Positions 53,374-62,864 of a stretch of DNA of 64,000 nucleotides are shown piece by piece; position 1 is the stretch's first letter; each line of letters begins with the position of its first letter. The notes beneath the pieces were generated by a model that was given only the letters and a program-made list of their open reading frames with translations, was not told the origin of the DNA and searched no databases. Made by a program: the position numbers and the translations under genes. This stretch comes from a virus: IMG/VR virus record IMGVR_UViG_3300030419_006839, positions 40,852-104,851 of that record; one strand, given 5' to 3'.

Positions 53374-53399
53374 AAAAAAAGCCCACCATTTCGGTGGGC
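53374..53399 (-). terminator. Intrinsic terminator after the SSB gene
   Basis: GCCCACC-gaaat-GGTGGGC followed by T7 on the - strand. Confidence 0.8.
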
Positions 53400-53412
53400 A
53401 ATTATTAGTTTT

Positions 53413-54291
53413 TTAGAAAGGTGAATCGTCTGATGCTGAATCAGAAGATATTTTATCTTGCATCATCTTCTTCAAATCAGCAGAAACATTATCGAAAGAA
53501 CTAGAGTTGGAATCGTTATTATTAAAACCATTACCATTTTGACTTCCACGATCTTCATGGACACCAGTTAGGTACTCTATTATCTCATCTCTAGTTCTGA
53601 TTCGATAATAATCCTCTAGGTTAATAGAGTTGTTTTTAACTAAGTCAGATTCTTCAGGACTTAGTGGTGATTCGTTTTTACCTGCAATAATTTCAAATTT
53701 CTGACCACCGAATCTATCAGGGTGGTACTTCAACAATAAATCATAACCAGACTTATCATCAGATGGATCTCCTCTATAAGACTCACTTAAAAAGTCTGCA
53801 TTAGGGTCACTTTCAGAAGGAGGAGTTGCCATTTCTACTAACTCATTAAATGGTGATTTCCTAAATCCAATAATACCCATCAATTCCTCTGGTGGTAAGC
53901 TTGACTTCTGTGCCATTCGGTCAATACAATTAATAGACGCTTGAAAAGTAGCTCTAGATGGTGTTGCATCCTTACCCCAAGAAGGAGGAGGCTGTTTAAA
54001 CGAGCAAAAACCTAAATCTGAGTGCTTTTCACCTTTTAGCTGAAGGTCATATACTTCATCAATTGGACACTTTCCATCTATACGAAGTATAGTAGATCCA
54101 CTATAGTCATAATTTATACATGGAATAACAATAGTAACTGATGTTCCCGTTGTCTTCTCAACTTCAATGAAATGTAGTTGTCTTCGTACAATATCTCCTA
54201 CTAGTCTTACTCTTGGATTTTTTTTCCAATCAATAAAGTTTGCCTTTGGTAAACTACCTGTGTTTTCAGCTTTAAGTTGTCCTAATTTCAT
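53413..54291 (-). CDS. Single-stranded DNA-binding protein (gp32-like)
   Basis: 'VRLVG', 'INCIDR', 'GDPSDDKSGYDL', acidic tail ending DDSPF. Confidence 0.7.
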   Translation of the reverse strand: MKLGQLKAENTGSLPKANFIDWKKNPRVRLVGDIVRRQLHFIEVEKTTGTSVTIVIPCINYDYSGSTILRIDGKCPIDEVYDLQLKGEKHSDLGFCSFKQPPPSWGKDATPSRATFQASINCIDRMAQKSSLPPEELMGIIGFRKSPFNELVEMATPPSESDPNADFLSESYRGDPSDDKSGYDLLLKYHPDRFGGQKFEIIAGKNESPLSPEESDLVKNNSINLEDYYRIRTRDEIIEYLTGVHEDRGSQNGNGFNNNDSNSSSFDNVSADLKKMMQDKISSDSASDDSPF

Positions 54292-54359
54292 TTTTTCATT
54301 TCTCCATTTAATTTTAATTATTTTTGTTTTTAATTGGCTTAATTGCCTTACAATTTAAA

Positions 54360-54385
54360 TTATCGACTGTTTTTAGTTAACTTTA
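54360..54385 (-). promoter_or_regulatory. Class I (sigma28-like) promoter for the SSB gene
   Basis: TAAAGTTaactaaaaacaGTCGATAA. Confidence 0.7.
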
Positions 54386-54396
54386 ATTTTTTTATT

Positions 54397-54508
54397 AAAA
54401 AAAAAGAAGAGTAGTTTAATTAAGCTATATTGAAGGATGGATACAGCTTTATGTCGGGTAAAGACAAAGAACTACTCTTCTATTAAGGAGTCACACAAAC
54501 AACCAACA
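54397..54508 (-). ncRNA. Candidate ~110-nt small RNA
   Basis: Own class II promoter, 12-bp closing stem (54405-54416/54470-54481), two inner hairpins, U run. Confidence 0.55.
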
Positions 54509-54513
54509 CACTA

Positions 54514-54543
54514 TATAACGTGATTTATGTTTGTTTATTTACT
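54514..54543 (-). promoter_or_regulatory. Class II promoter
   Basis: AGTAAA-N17-CGTTATA. Confidence 0.68.
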
Positions 54544-54549
54544 AAATAT

Positions 54550-56187
54550 TTAACTTTCTTGACTTGTTGAAGCTATTTGATTGATTGATAACTGAATATC
54601 ATCAATTTTGTCTTCTAGGTTATCTAATCTATTTTCAGTTTCCTCTTTAGGAAGTGAATAAGATTTAAACATTGCATCTCTCTCACTCAAACTAGCAGCA
54701 ATAGCATCAGTTAGGTCAGAATCCTCTAGTTCTTCTAAACCAGTAGGTAATCCTGGATTTGGTAATTCTAAGCCATTAGAGCCTATTTTAGAGCCTTTAA
54801 GTGTCATCTTAAGGGGTACATCACCCCACTCGACTTCAGGTAGTCCGAATCTATGTTTTCTAACATAATTTATTGTTAAAACACCTTCCATTAATTGTTG
54901 TCTGTCTAAATCCCATTGTTCTTGTTCATCTAAAGATTTTTCCAATCCCCAATCTAAATATACATCTCTATACCCAAAACCACCTTTGTGTCCAATTTTA
55001 GGGTTTGGTAAAGACCAAATCAATTCAGAATTTAAATGATATGCAAAGGTGGATAACTGAGGAATTAAGGCATCTTTTTCAAACTGTTCTTGTTGTTGTT
55101 CTGAGTTAAGCTTACCTGTGTTGGGTGTTACCATACCTAAAACTAATGGTTGCATGTTAAAAACAGACATTATTTGTTCCAACATCCATTGACTATATTG
55201 CTTAAAAGACATTTCACTTGGAGCTAAACCTACTTTTTCTATTTTAACAGATCCTTCACCCTCTCCAGTAGAGATTAATATAGGTCTATGTGGTTTTCCC
55301 CTTAAGTTGTTATCCCAGAATTTTTGATATTCCTGTAATCTTTCTAGGGATACATTATTAAACAATACAGCTAATCTTGGAGTTGCATCATTACCAAAAA
55401 GTGCTGAATTATAGTTCTCAACTCTTGTTGCATTAACTACAGTTTTTGCTAATGTTTCTATTTTTGAAGTCCCATAAGGTGTTCCAGATCTTGGATTCAT
55501 TACCATATATATAAGTTCGTCTATACCATACCAAACACCACTTAAATGACTTGAGTTTTTCTTTTCTGAATCAGTCATAAATATATTGGTAAACCCTCTA
55601 TCTTGATCATCATAATCATGACCAGAGCTTTGAATGTCAGATTTTTCAAAGTAGCATTTATTGAAATTTATAAAATTCCCAGATTTATCTGTATTTAATA
55701 CAAAACTAGGAGAATGGGCAGCATATATTTCTACAGGCATACCAAATTCATCACGAACTATCTCCAAACAACCTGCATCATAAACTAACATATCTCTGTC
55801 AAGTTTTTGTCGAATTGAACTAAAAGATTCTCTACTTGAGTTTGGATTTATAACTAAGTCTGCTAGTTTTTCAATGTGACGCATTTGTTGATCGCTTGGG
55901 TTTGATGCATCATTGTCTGGAGTTGCAATAGGAACTATTTCTGGTGGGATTAAACTTAATCTAGTTACAATTTTATCAACACATGCACGAATCCATGTAT
56001 TTTTTTCATAAATTAACCTCATCTCATCAAAAGTTAAGTAGTCAACAGTGTTTCTTTCAAGCGAAATCCTTCTTTCTTCTCCAATTTCAACCCTTCGCTT
56101 TCTCTTTTTTATTGCGTTGGTTGTATTTAGTTTTAAAGAGGGTCTTTGCATAGAAAGAATTTTATTTGATTTTGTAAAAGAAATCAT
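54550..56187 (-). CDS. Phage portal protein
   Basis: IRACVDKI, DMLVYDAG.LEIVRD..G.PVEIY, PYGTSKIE, EMSF, IMSVFNMQP..LG, LTINYVR. Confidence 0.9.
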   Translation of the reverse strand: MISFTKSNKILSMQRPSLKLNTTNAIKKRKRRVEIGEERRISLERNTVDYLTFDEMRLIYEKNTWIRACVDKIVTRLSLIPPEIVPIATPDNDASNPSDQQMRHIEKLADLVINPNSSRESFSSIRQKLDRDMLVYDAGCLEIVRDEFGMPVEIYAAHSPSFVLNTDKSGNFINFNKCYFEKSDIQSSGHDYDDQDRGFTNIFMTDSEKKNSSHLSGVWYGIDELIYMVMNPRSGTPYGTSKIETLAKTVVNATRVENYNSALFGNDATPRLAVLFNNVSLERLQEYQKFWDNNLRGKPHRPILISTGEGEGSVKIEKVGLAPSEMSFKQYSQWMLEQIMSVFNMQPLVLGMVTPNTGKLNSEQQQEQFEKDALIPQLSTFAYHLNSELIWSLPNPKIGHKGGFGYRDVYLDWGLEKSLDEQEQWDLDRQQLMEGVLTINYVRKHRFGLPEVEWGDVPLKMTLKGSKIGSNGLELPNPGLPTGLEELEDSDLTDAIAASLSERDAMFKSYSLPKEETENRLDNLEDKIDDIQLSINQIASTSQES

Positions 56188-56513
56188 ATTATTCCTCCTA
56201 ATCGTCTTCTTCTAAGTTTTCTATTTCAGGTTGAAGTAAAATTCGATCATTAATAAAAGCAGAGAAAAGACTTATCAGAAGTAAGTTTAAAGAAGAAAGA
56301 TAAGAATCTTCATATGCTTTGAATGCAGATAATAATAAACAAGAGATAAATATTATCGCAGTTAAAAATTTTAAATAAATATCTAAATCTAAAGTTATAA
56401 AATATCGTACAAAGTTGTAAACTTTTCTAAAAATTGATTTAATAAATCTAATTATACCTTCTACAATTAAAACTTGAAAGTTAAATATTTCTTCTAGTAT
56501 TTCTCCAGAGTAT

Positions 56514-57512
56514 TTAATAAAGTTCACTAAGATAGCCAAAATAACCACCGTCCTTTGGTTTAGCATTTGTTTTTATTGTATATATAACACCAGCAATAGC
56601 TTGAATTAAATCATGACTACCACCTGGAGGGTGGTCATATTTGTTTCCAACTCTTTCTAGTTGTCTTAACTCTTTGTGTGGTAGGTTAACTTCACCTTCA
56701 GGTGTTTTAACATTTAATGGATACATATTTATTCTTTTTTCATAAATAGCTTTAATCAACTCATCAAAAGGTTCAGTTGTTCTATCTATAGATAAGGTAT
56801 CGGCATCCATTCCTACAGCTTTCATGTTTTGTATAAAGTCTGCTGATTGGTAACCATCTAAAGTTACCCTATGTATATTATATCCTCTTTTGATTACATC
56901 AAAAATTATTTGTCTAATTGCTATTAATTGAACTGGACTTTCTTTATAACCTTTAAATGATGCTAGTAAATCAAAGGAGACTATTGGTTCTTTTATTTTT
57001 CTCACTCTATTTTGTGCATCTCTTTGTTCTTTTTCTACCCAATCTTCTGCATGACCTACAGCCAAACCTAGTCGATCTTGAGTTAATCCTATATCAACGT
57101 GGCAATATCTTCGTATGTGATCTTGACAAATAAAATCATCTCTAAAAACGGTATTAACTACTTCACCATTTGGTTGTAGGAACGGATTTTTTATAATTGG
57201 ATGTTTAAAATCTTTTAGTTTTTCAAAAGATTTTTCAATAAACTCTGAGTGTTCAATAGCAGGAGCGACTGCATCAATTGGATTAGCACCAAAATCTCTC
57301 GTAGCTAATGCAGGGTTTCTTAGAAACTCATCCATATAACTTTCTATTGTTTGGGTATCTCTCATTCTCCAAGTAGGTGCTTGTATTGCAAGAGATTTGT
57401 CAAATTTAAACATTCTGACATCATAATCGTACTTTTCTTTGACAAAATCTGGATTTAAAGAGGTTCTACTACTATAGTCTTGCTCTAAAGAGAAAATTGA
57501 TTCATCACTCAT
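56514..57512 (-). CDS. Terminase large subunit, C-terminal nuclease part
   Basis: APTW, HVDIGLTQDRLGLAVGH, VTLDGYQS, YDHPPGGSHDL; close to the portal gene. Confidence 0.85.
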   Translation of the reverse strand: MSDESIFSLEQDYSSRTSLNPDFVKEKYDYDVRMFKFDKSLAIQAPTWRMRDTQTIESYMDEFLRNPALATRDFGANPIDAVAPAIEHSEFIEKSFEKLKDFKHPIIKNPFLQPNGEVVNTVFRDDFICQDHIRRYCHVDIGLTQDRLGLAVGHAEDWVEKEQRDAQNRVRKIKEPIVSFDLLASFKGYKESPVQLIAIRQIIFDVIKRGYNIHRVTLDGYQSADFIQNMKAVGMDADTLSIDRTTEPFDELIKAIYEKRINMYPLNVKTPEGEVNLPHKELRQLERVGNKYDHPPGGSHDLIQAIAGVIYTIKTNAKPKDGGYFGYLSELY

Positions 57513-57868
57513 TTAAAAATACCAAAAAGAAATGAGAAAAATCCTTTCTTTTTCTCTTTTTCTATTATTTTTTCTGCTACTTTTTCAGAATCTATCTTAT
57601 ATTCTGAATTTTGTACACGTTCCCTTAAATCCTTCAGTTGTTGTTCTCTATCTGGATCAATTTCATTCTGTTTTTGTATGAAATCTAGGTTTTCCATTTC
57701 TTTTTTTTCGTTTTCACCTGAAAATTCAAAAATAGCTTTAACAATTTCTATTTCTTCATTTGTAAGGCTTTCTAGGTGACTTTTTAATACAAAATCTGTT
57801 CCTTTAGAGATTTCTATTAAATGTTTTGAATTTGTACCCAATTCTTTTGCTAACTCGTAAACTCTCAT
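57509..57868 (-). CDS. IF2_N domain fused to FlgM-like anti-sigma28 domain
   Basis: MRVYELAKELGTNSKHLI...LKSHLESL (IF2_N); DREQQLKDLRERVQNSEYKIDSEKVAEKII (FlgM C-terminal pattern). Confidence 0.72.
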   Translation of the reverse strand: MRVYELAKELGTNSKHLIEISKGTDFVLKSHLESLTNEEIEIVKAIFEFSGENEKKEMENLDFIQKQNEIDPDREQQLKDLRERVQNSEYKIDSEKVAEKIIEKEKKKGFFSFLFGIFK

Positions 57869-57877
57869 TACAACCTC

Positions 57878-58240
57878 CTAAAAGTCGTGCAAATAAATAG
57901 AATTTATTCTTTTTTCTCTTTTTTCTTTACGTAATTTATTTTGTCTTTTCTTGTATTTTTTCAAATCTTTTTTGTGTTCTTCTTTGAAGTCTGAAGCGAA
58001 ACCAACAACCCTATATATTTTTAACATAATAGCAAAAACGGCTACGGCACTTGTTCCACCAACGCTCATTGCAATACTTTCACCAATCTCAGGAAATTCA
58101 TTAAATATAGGAGCAAGTAGTCCCAAAATACCACCTAAACTTGCAAATTTAGACCATGTGGTATCATGAACCCTATCTATTCTCTTATCATACTCCTCAT
58201 CTATTAATTCCTCTTGGTCTTTCATTGCTATTATTCCCAA
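57878..58240 (-). CDS. Membrane protein (2 TM) between the terminase halves
   Basis: Two hydrophobic helices and a basic tail. Confidence 0.55.
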   Translation of the reverse strand: MGIIAMKDQEELIDEEYDKRIDRVHDTTWSKFASLGGILGLLAPIFNEFPEIGESIAMSVGGTSAVAVFAIMLKIYRVVGFASDFKEEHKKDLKKYKKRQNKLRKEKREKRINSIYLHDF

Positions 58241-59025
58241 AAATCTCTTCTATTACCACTAATTGCTATTTCTCTCATTTTCCTTACCGCAAAAGAATCT
58301 GTAGATTTTGGACTAGTTATAACTATTATTTTATAGTGATCTGGAAACCTTGTCTTACAACTACCTAAGAGTGAATTGTATATCTCATTTGCTGCGGATT
58401 TGTTCATATTATCTACAAACCAATCTGCTTCATCGAGTATTCCTTGTTTTGTATTATAACCCAACCAAGCAGTTGATTTTGAATGACCACAAACTCCAAT
58501 TATGTTTTTGGGAAAAATTATTCTATCTTTTGTATCAATATAGTATGGAACCCTGTGTCCATCTAAACTAGATAGTTCAAAAGCACTTTCCACTTCAAAA
58601 AAACACTTTGAATGTTTTAACTTTTCTCTAAGGTCAGTAAAAACTACATCCCTGGCTTGGTGTTGGTTTGTTGCCATATTTAAAAAATAAATGTGAGTTC
58701 CTACCGCTAAACTACTATATCTTTGTGGGTTTTTTAACATTGCAGTTTGCCAGATACCTCTACACTGATAAATAGATGAGTTAAAACTCTTTCCAGAACC
58801 TTTTCCTAGTACCAACCAAGCTTCTCTAACTTCAGGATCATCTACGTGCTTTAATAGACTTAAATTAGCATCTGAAATATCTAGAGATAAGTCCATATAG
58901 TCTTCACTCAGTATAAATTCCTCCATATCGACATTTTTTGTTTCATAATCACCATCAGATTGTGAAACTTCTATCCTTTTTTTTAATTCATCAGCAAAAT
59001 TTCCTAATAAAGATCCAGAATTCAT
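58231..59025 (-). CDS. Terminase large subunit, N-terminal ATPase part
   Basis: Walker A LGKGSGKS, NMATNQHQA, Walker B GILDEA, motif III ITSP. Confidence 0.85.
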   Translation of the reverse strand: MNSGSLLGNFADELKKRIEVSQSDGDYETKNVDMEEFILSEDYMDLSLDISDANLSLLKHVDDPEVREAWLVLGKGSGKSFNSSIYQCRGIWQTAMLKNPQRYSSLAVGTHIYFLNMATNQHQARDVVFTDLREKLKHSKCFFEVESAFELSSLDGHRVPYYIDTKDRIIFPKNIIGVCGHSKSTAWLGYNTKQGILDEADWFVDNMNKSAANEIYNSLLGSCKTRFPDHYKIIVITSPKSTDSFAVRKMREIAISGNRRDFWE

Positions 59026-59750
59026 GGTAACTCTCCTGAAGTTAGTTTTTTAATACTTTCTGCCATTTCTATTTTTTTATTTTCGGCTATGTCTGCTTCC
59101 AATATGACTCCCATAACTTTCTCTATCATACCTCTGATCTCAGATACGTTTACCATTATTTTCAACTTTGCTTCTAATTCCATTAGGTTTGTTATGGTTG
59201 TTGTTATTTGCTGTATTAATTTTTGACTACTTCTAATGTCTTTTGCTTCAGGATAATCTCCATGTGCAGAAACATTGTACTGTAAGTATGTTCTCAATAG
59301 GGCTAATTCACCTCTTAGGTCATGTAATTGAGGATTGTCATATTCATCTTGCCAAATATTATATATTTCTGAGTTTTTCTCTATCTTGGGTATAAAACCT
59401 GTTTGAGTTTTTTGAAACTTACTACTATGGTTGTCCATAAATGATTCTCTTATCTCAAGGTCTGTTTTTTTACTATTGGACATATCAACAGTCTCCGATG
59501 TTTGGTTTTTAGATGCACCAACAGTTGGTTTTACATTGCCATGAGAAATACAAAAATCATATCTTACTCCAGTATTAACCCATTTATCTGTATCTGGGTC
59601 TTTAACGTAGTGAAATGGTCTATCTTTTTGGCAAGATGCTCTATCTACACCACAATTTGGACACTTAGTCAGTTCTTTAGATCTACCATAGTGATAGTCG
59701 CAATTTCTACAAGTAGATACTGGATAGCCACATTTTAAGTTTTCAGACAT
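59022..59750 (-). CDS. Putative terminase small subunit
   Basis: N-terminal Cys cluster with CISHG, 'DLRGELALLR' helix; overlaps the TerL start. Confidence 0.55.
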   Translation of the reverse strand: MSENLKCGYPVSTCRNCDYHYGRSKELTKCPNCGVDRASCQKDRPFHYVKDPDTDKWVNTGVRYDFCISHGNVKPTVGASKNQTSETVDMSNSKKTDLEIRESFMDNHSSKFQKTQTGFIPKIEKNSEIYNIWQDEYDNPQLHDLRGELALLRTYLQYNVSAHGDYPEAKDIRSSQKLIQQITTTITNLMELEAKLKIMVNVSEIRGMIEKVMGVILEADIAENKKIEMAESIKKLTSGELP

Positions 59751-60242
59751 TTAAAAAATCCTATATTTATAATTAACCAATTTATCTATATTAAAAATCT
59801 TAAGAGGTTTTAAATATTCCAAAACATAACCTCCCCACTTCCATTCCTCATCAACAATGAAAGATTTCCTATTATTATCACACCAATTATTATACGAACT
59901 TATAGGTATTGCATAAGTTTTAGCTTTATTTAGAAAGCTAACCTTATTTTCAAACCCCATAGACATTATAACATATGATTTGCATCTATTTTTAGCAAAA
60001 TGAGATAGAGATTTTCTTTGGTGTTTTTTTAATTGACTTTTTTGTATTCTATCTTTTTTCGTGTATTTTAGTTCTAATGTAGTAAAACTTTTATCAAAAA
60101 ACCAAAAGTCACAAGGTTTTTCAAACCTAGCAAACCTTCCCATTTCTTCAGGTCTAAACCAGTAAAAATCTCTGTCTAAAAATCTATTTTTTTCTTGATA
60201 GAATATTAAAGTTTTTTCAAAAGCTTTTTCTTGTATGTTCAT
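59751..60242 (-). CDS. RecU-like Holliday junction resolvase
   Basis: PCDF...LELKYT...LKKHQ PD-(D/E)XK pattern. Confidence 0.7.
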   Translation of the reverse strand: MNIQEKAFEKTLIFYQEKNRFLDRDFYWFRPEEMGRFARFEKPCDFWFFDKSFTTLELKYTKKDRIQKSQLKKHQRKSLSHFAKNRCKSYVIMSMGFENKVSFLNKAKTYAIPISSYNNWCDNNRKSFIVDEEWKWGGYVLEYLKPLKIFNIDKLVNYKYRIF

Positions 60243-60251
60243 AGGTTATCA

Positions 60252-61340
60252 TTATGTTGTACCGCACCAAAAAGCCATACCATTTCTCCTTATAAAGATT
60301 AAATTATTTCCTATTATTGGATAATGCAACTCTCCATTAAATTCTATTTTTCTATGGTGATCTCTTTTAACACAACTTGAACCTTCTTGATGTATACTTA
60401 ACTTATATTGTATATTTTTAGATACAATTTTATGCTTTATTTTATCACCAAATTCATATTCCTTCCCAATTACGTCTTTTATTATAACATTACTTCTACA
60501 ACCTAAGCATGAAGCTATAACTTGATAGTCTTTGGCTAAATCTTCTGATATTCCGCAAAAAACACCTTTGTTGAAACCTTCAGAGAACTCACCTACTCTT
60601 TCTACCATCCAACCATCACCAAGTATTGCTCCCTCTAGGAATTTCTCTAGCAACCTTGTAGAAAGATTAAAAATACTTTTCAATCTTCTTTCTTCTTTAG
60701 TTCTTCCTATTTTTTCTACGATCCACTCATGTAATGGCTTACTGTATATATTAAAGTAATATATGTCGGATAATCCTTGTTTTTCCCTAGAGTAGTGATA
60801 AACTTTTGATTTTTCACCAAAAAGTCTTTCTGAAACATCTTTTATTATGGGTATGTTTTTTTCTTTACACTGTGAAATACTAATAGTGTTTTTTTTCTTT
60901 GACAACGACCCGTCTGTTGCAACAATACCTAACCAGAAATAAAAATCTTCTGCATCTAATACAAAACTACCTATTTTTACTTCGGTAGGATCTTTAGTTT
61001 CTTCAAACTTTATTTTATGGTCAAAAACTAATGGTTTTTTCTTTATGTCACAATATTCTACAAAATCATTTCTCCTAGTTTGTTCATCTAAAACACCATG
61101 ATGTTGATTGTATTTACTTGTCCATAGATAAACTTCTTCTGAAAATTTTGGAGATTCCCAATATCTGGTTTTAAAGTAATATAGAGGTTTATCGTATGAA
61201 AATGAGTCCAATTCTTCTACTTCTTTCCACCTATCCAATAGGGAAGATGGATTTCTCATTAGTACTACTTCTTTATCTTTTATTGAGTTTATTGACTTAA
61301 AGCCATCTTGTGTTAATATTTCTGTGTCTTGGTCAAACAT
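60252..61340 (-). CDS. Free-standing intein-derived LAGLIDADG endonuclease
   Basis: Hint-N FDQDTEILTQDGFKSI; WLGIVATDGS; FLEGAILGDG; Hint-C IRRNGMAFWCG; no exteins. Confidence 0.78.
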   Translation of the reverse strand: MFDQDTEILTQDGFKSINSIKDKEVVLMRNPSSLLDRWKEVEELDSFSYDKPLYYFKTRYWESPKFSEEVYLWTSKYNQHHGVLDEQTRRNDFVEYCDIKKKPLVFDHKIKFEETKDPTEVKIGSFVLDAEDFYFWLGIVATDGSLSKKKNTISISQCKEKNIPIIKDVSERLFGEKSKVYHYSREKQGLSDIYYFNIYSKPLHEWIVEKIGRTKEERRLKSIFNLSTRLLEKFLEGAILGDGWMVERVGEFSEGFNKGVFCGISEDLAKDYQVIASCLGCRSNVIIKDVIGKEYEFGDKIKHKIVSKNIQYKLSIHQEGSSCVKRDHHRKIEFNGELHYPIIGNNLIFIRRNGMAFWCGTT

Positions 61341-61929
61341 TTCTACGACCTTCTAACATGGTGTGTATACAATCAATTAATTTTTCATGTTTATCTGTAT
61401 CGGAAAGATTAAACATGTACTTTAGGAATGAAGAATTTTCGTTTTTTCTTAATAATTTTAAATACTTAATATTTCCTTCAAATATGTCATAAAACCAAGA
61501 TGGAGGAGTTTTACCTTTTGTATTTAGATATAATTCAGCTTCCTTTCTCTTAACTCTTACAACAATATCTGGATTTAAATTTTCTACTTCTACATTAATA
61601 GCAGACTTTCTTTCATTTATTTCTGCAGACTTGAATTTTATATAATGTATTTCCTTAAGTGTTTTTCTTATGTTTTTTTTATAAAACACTAAGTTATGCT
61701 TTCTTAGTATATTTGATATTATTTCCTCTTGTTCTTCTCCTAACCAACTAACTTTCTGGTAAGATTTATCTAAAAAGCCTGAATCTTCATTGTTTGTATA
61801 GAGTTGATTTAGCATTTCATCAACTTTATCTTCACTAATGTCAATCATCTGCTCATCAGAAACTAAATCTTTAAGCATTTCTTTCTTTTCTTCTAAATTC
61901 AGAACAGAAGAATCTGCAACTACTTCCAT
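61333..61929 (-). CDS. Hypothetical protein
   Basis: 198-aa ORF tightly packed between its neighbours. Confidence 0.5.
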   Translation of the reverse strand: MEVVADSSVLNLEEKKEMLKDLVSDEQMIDISEDKVDEMLNQLYTNNEDSGFLDKSYQKVSWLGEEQEEIISNILRKHNLVFYKKNIRKTLKEIHYIKFKSAEINERKSAINVEVENLNPDIVVRVKRKEAELYLNTKGKTPPSWFYDIFEGNIKYLKLLRKNENSSFLKYMFNLSDTDKHEKLIDCIHTMLEGRRNV

Positions 61930-61931
61930 TT

Positions 61932-62711
61932 TTAACCTATAAATAATTTTTGATTTTTATCGAAAACCATATGAGATTTTGTTTGAAAAGCCATACATTC
62001 TTTTTTATGTTCGCAAAATTTACAATTCTTTTCTGAATAGGAAGCATTTAGGTTGTTTTTCTTTAGTCTGTTTTTTGTTTCTATAGAAATATCAAACAAC
62101 TTACTCATATCAGATATTCCTCTTGCTGTTTCTACAAACTTGTTATACCTCAAGAAATAAAAACCTATTTTATCTATATCAATATCTTGATAAGTAGAAG
62201 CAAAGTAATACATAGATAGTTGATTTGAATTATTAACTTCTTCTTTTGTAGATATTTTATAATTCGACTTCCAATCTACTAAGTAGGTTTCACCATCTAA
62301 TTCAAAAACTAAATCTATAAACCCACTCATAGTCATATCACCACTAACCTTAATTTTGAAATATTCCTCTAAAAAAAGTACATTAGCATTAGTCCATCCA
62401 CGCTTAATCATATCGTTAGACCAACTAATTAACATATGTTCTCCATCTTTTAAGAATTCTTGAGGGTCTTTATTAAAGGTAGGGGATTTTTTTACAAAAC
62501 TGTTATAGAAATTTTCTGTCCAGTTAATTTTAATGAATTCGTTATCTCCAATTGCATTGCTTTTTATAATATCTGCTATTGAAGCATGTAAACAACTACC
62601 AAAAACACCATAAGGTGATTCTACTGAACCTTTTCTTTTTTCTACGTACTTCCAAAAGCCTTTTAATTCACATTCTTGTGTGTCATTAATGGCACTCGCA
62701 CTTATTCTCAT
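61932..62711 (-). CDS. PD-(D/E)XK exonuclease (Cas4/AddB-like)
   Basis: ISASAI..C, G..LH, GFIDL...LVDWKS, QLSMY, CKFC.HKKEC. Confidence 0.9.
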   Translation of the reverse strand: MRISASAINDTQECELKGFWKYVEKRKGSVESPYGVFGSCLHASIADIIKSNAIGDNEFIKINWTENFYNSFVKKSPTFNKDPQEFLKDGEHMLISWSNDMIKRGWTNANVLFLEEYFKIKVSGDMTMSGFIDLVFELDGETYLVDWKSNYKISTKEEVNNSNQLSMYYFASTYQDIDIDKIGFYFLRYNKFVETARGISDMSKLFDISIETKNRLKKNNLNASYSEKNCKFCEHKKECMAFQTKSHMVFDKNQKLFIG

Positions 62712-62760
62712 TTAGTTTTCCTTATTAAAGTTAGTTTTATTTTATACTATCAGTTATAAT

Positions 62761-62790
62761 AATAACAAGTTTTTTTGAGTTTGTTTTACT
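62761..62790 (-). promoter_or_regulatory. Class II promoter heading the nuclease/packaging operon
   Basis: AGTAAA-N17-TGTTATT. Confidence 0.62.
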
Positions 62791-62804
62791 TGAAAATTTT
62801 TCAT

Positions 62805-62830
62805 TAAAGTTATTTATTATTGGTCGATAA
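62805..62830 (+). promoter_or_regulatory. Class I (sigma28-like) promoter of the sigma-like gene
   Basis: TAAAGTTatttattattgGTCGATAA. Confidence 0.72.
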
Positions 62831-62864
62831 TATAAAGTATAAACAAATTAAGAAAGGAAAAATA

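Noticed and set aside
57513-58230. Self-splicing intron interrupting terL
   Set aside because: The interval is fully occupied by two coupled ORFs; no group I/II core or RT/homing gene was recognised. Not excluded without RT-PCR.
61932-62711. Cas4-like nuclease as part of a CRISPR-Cas system
   Set aside because: No cas1/cas2 or array; such exonucleases are common stand-alone phage genes.
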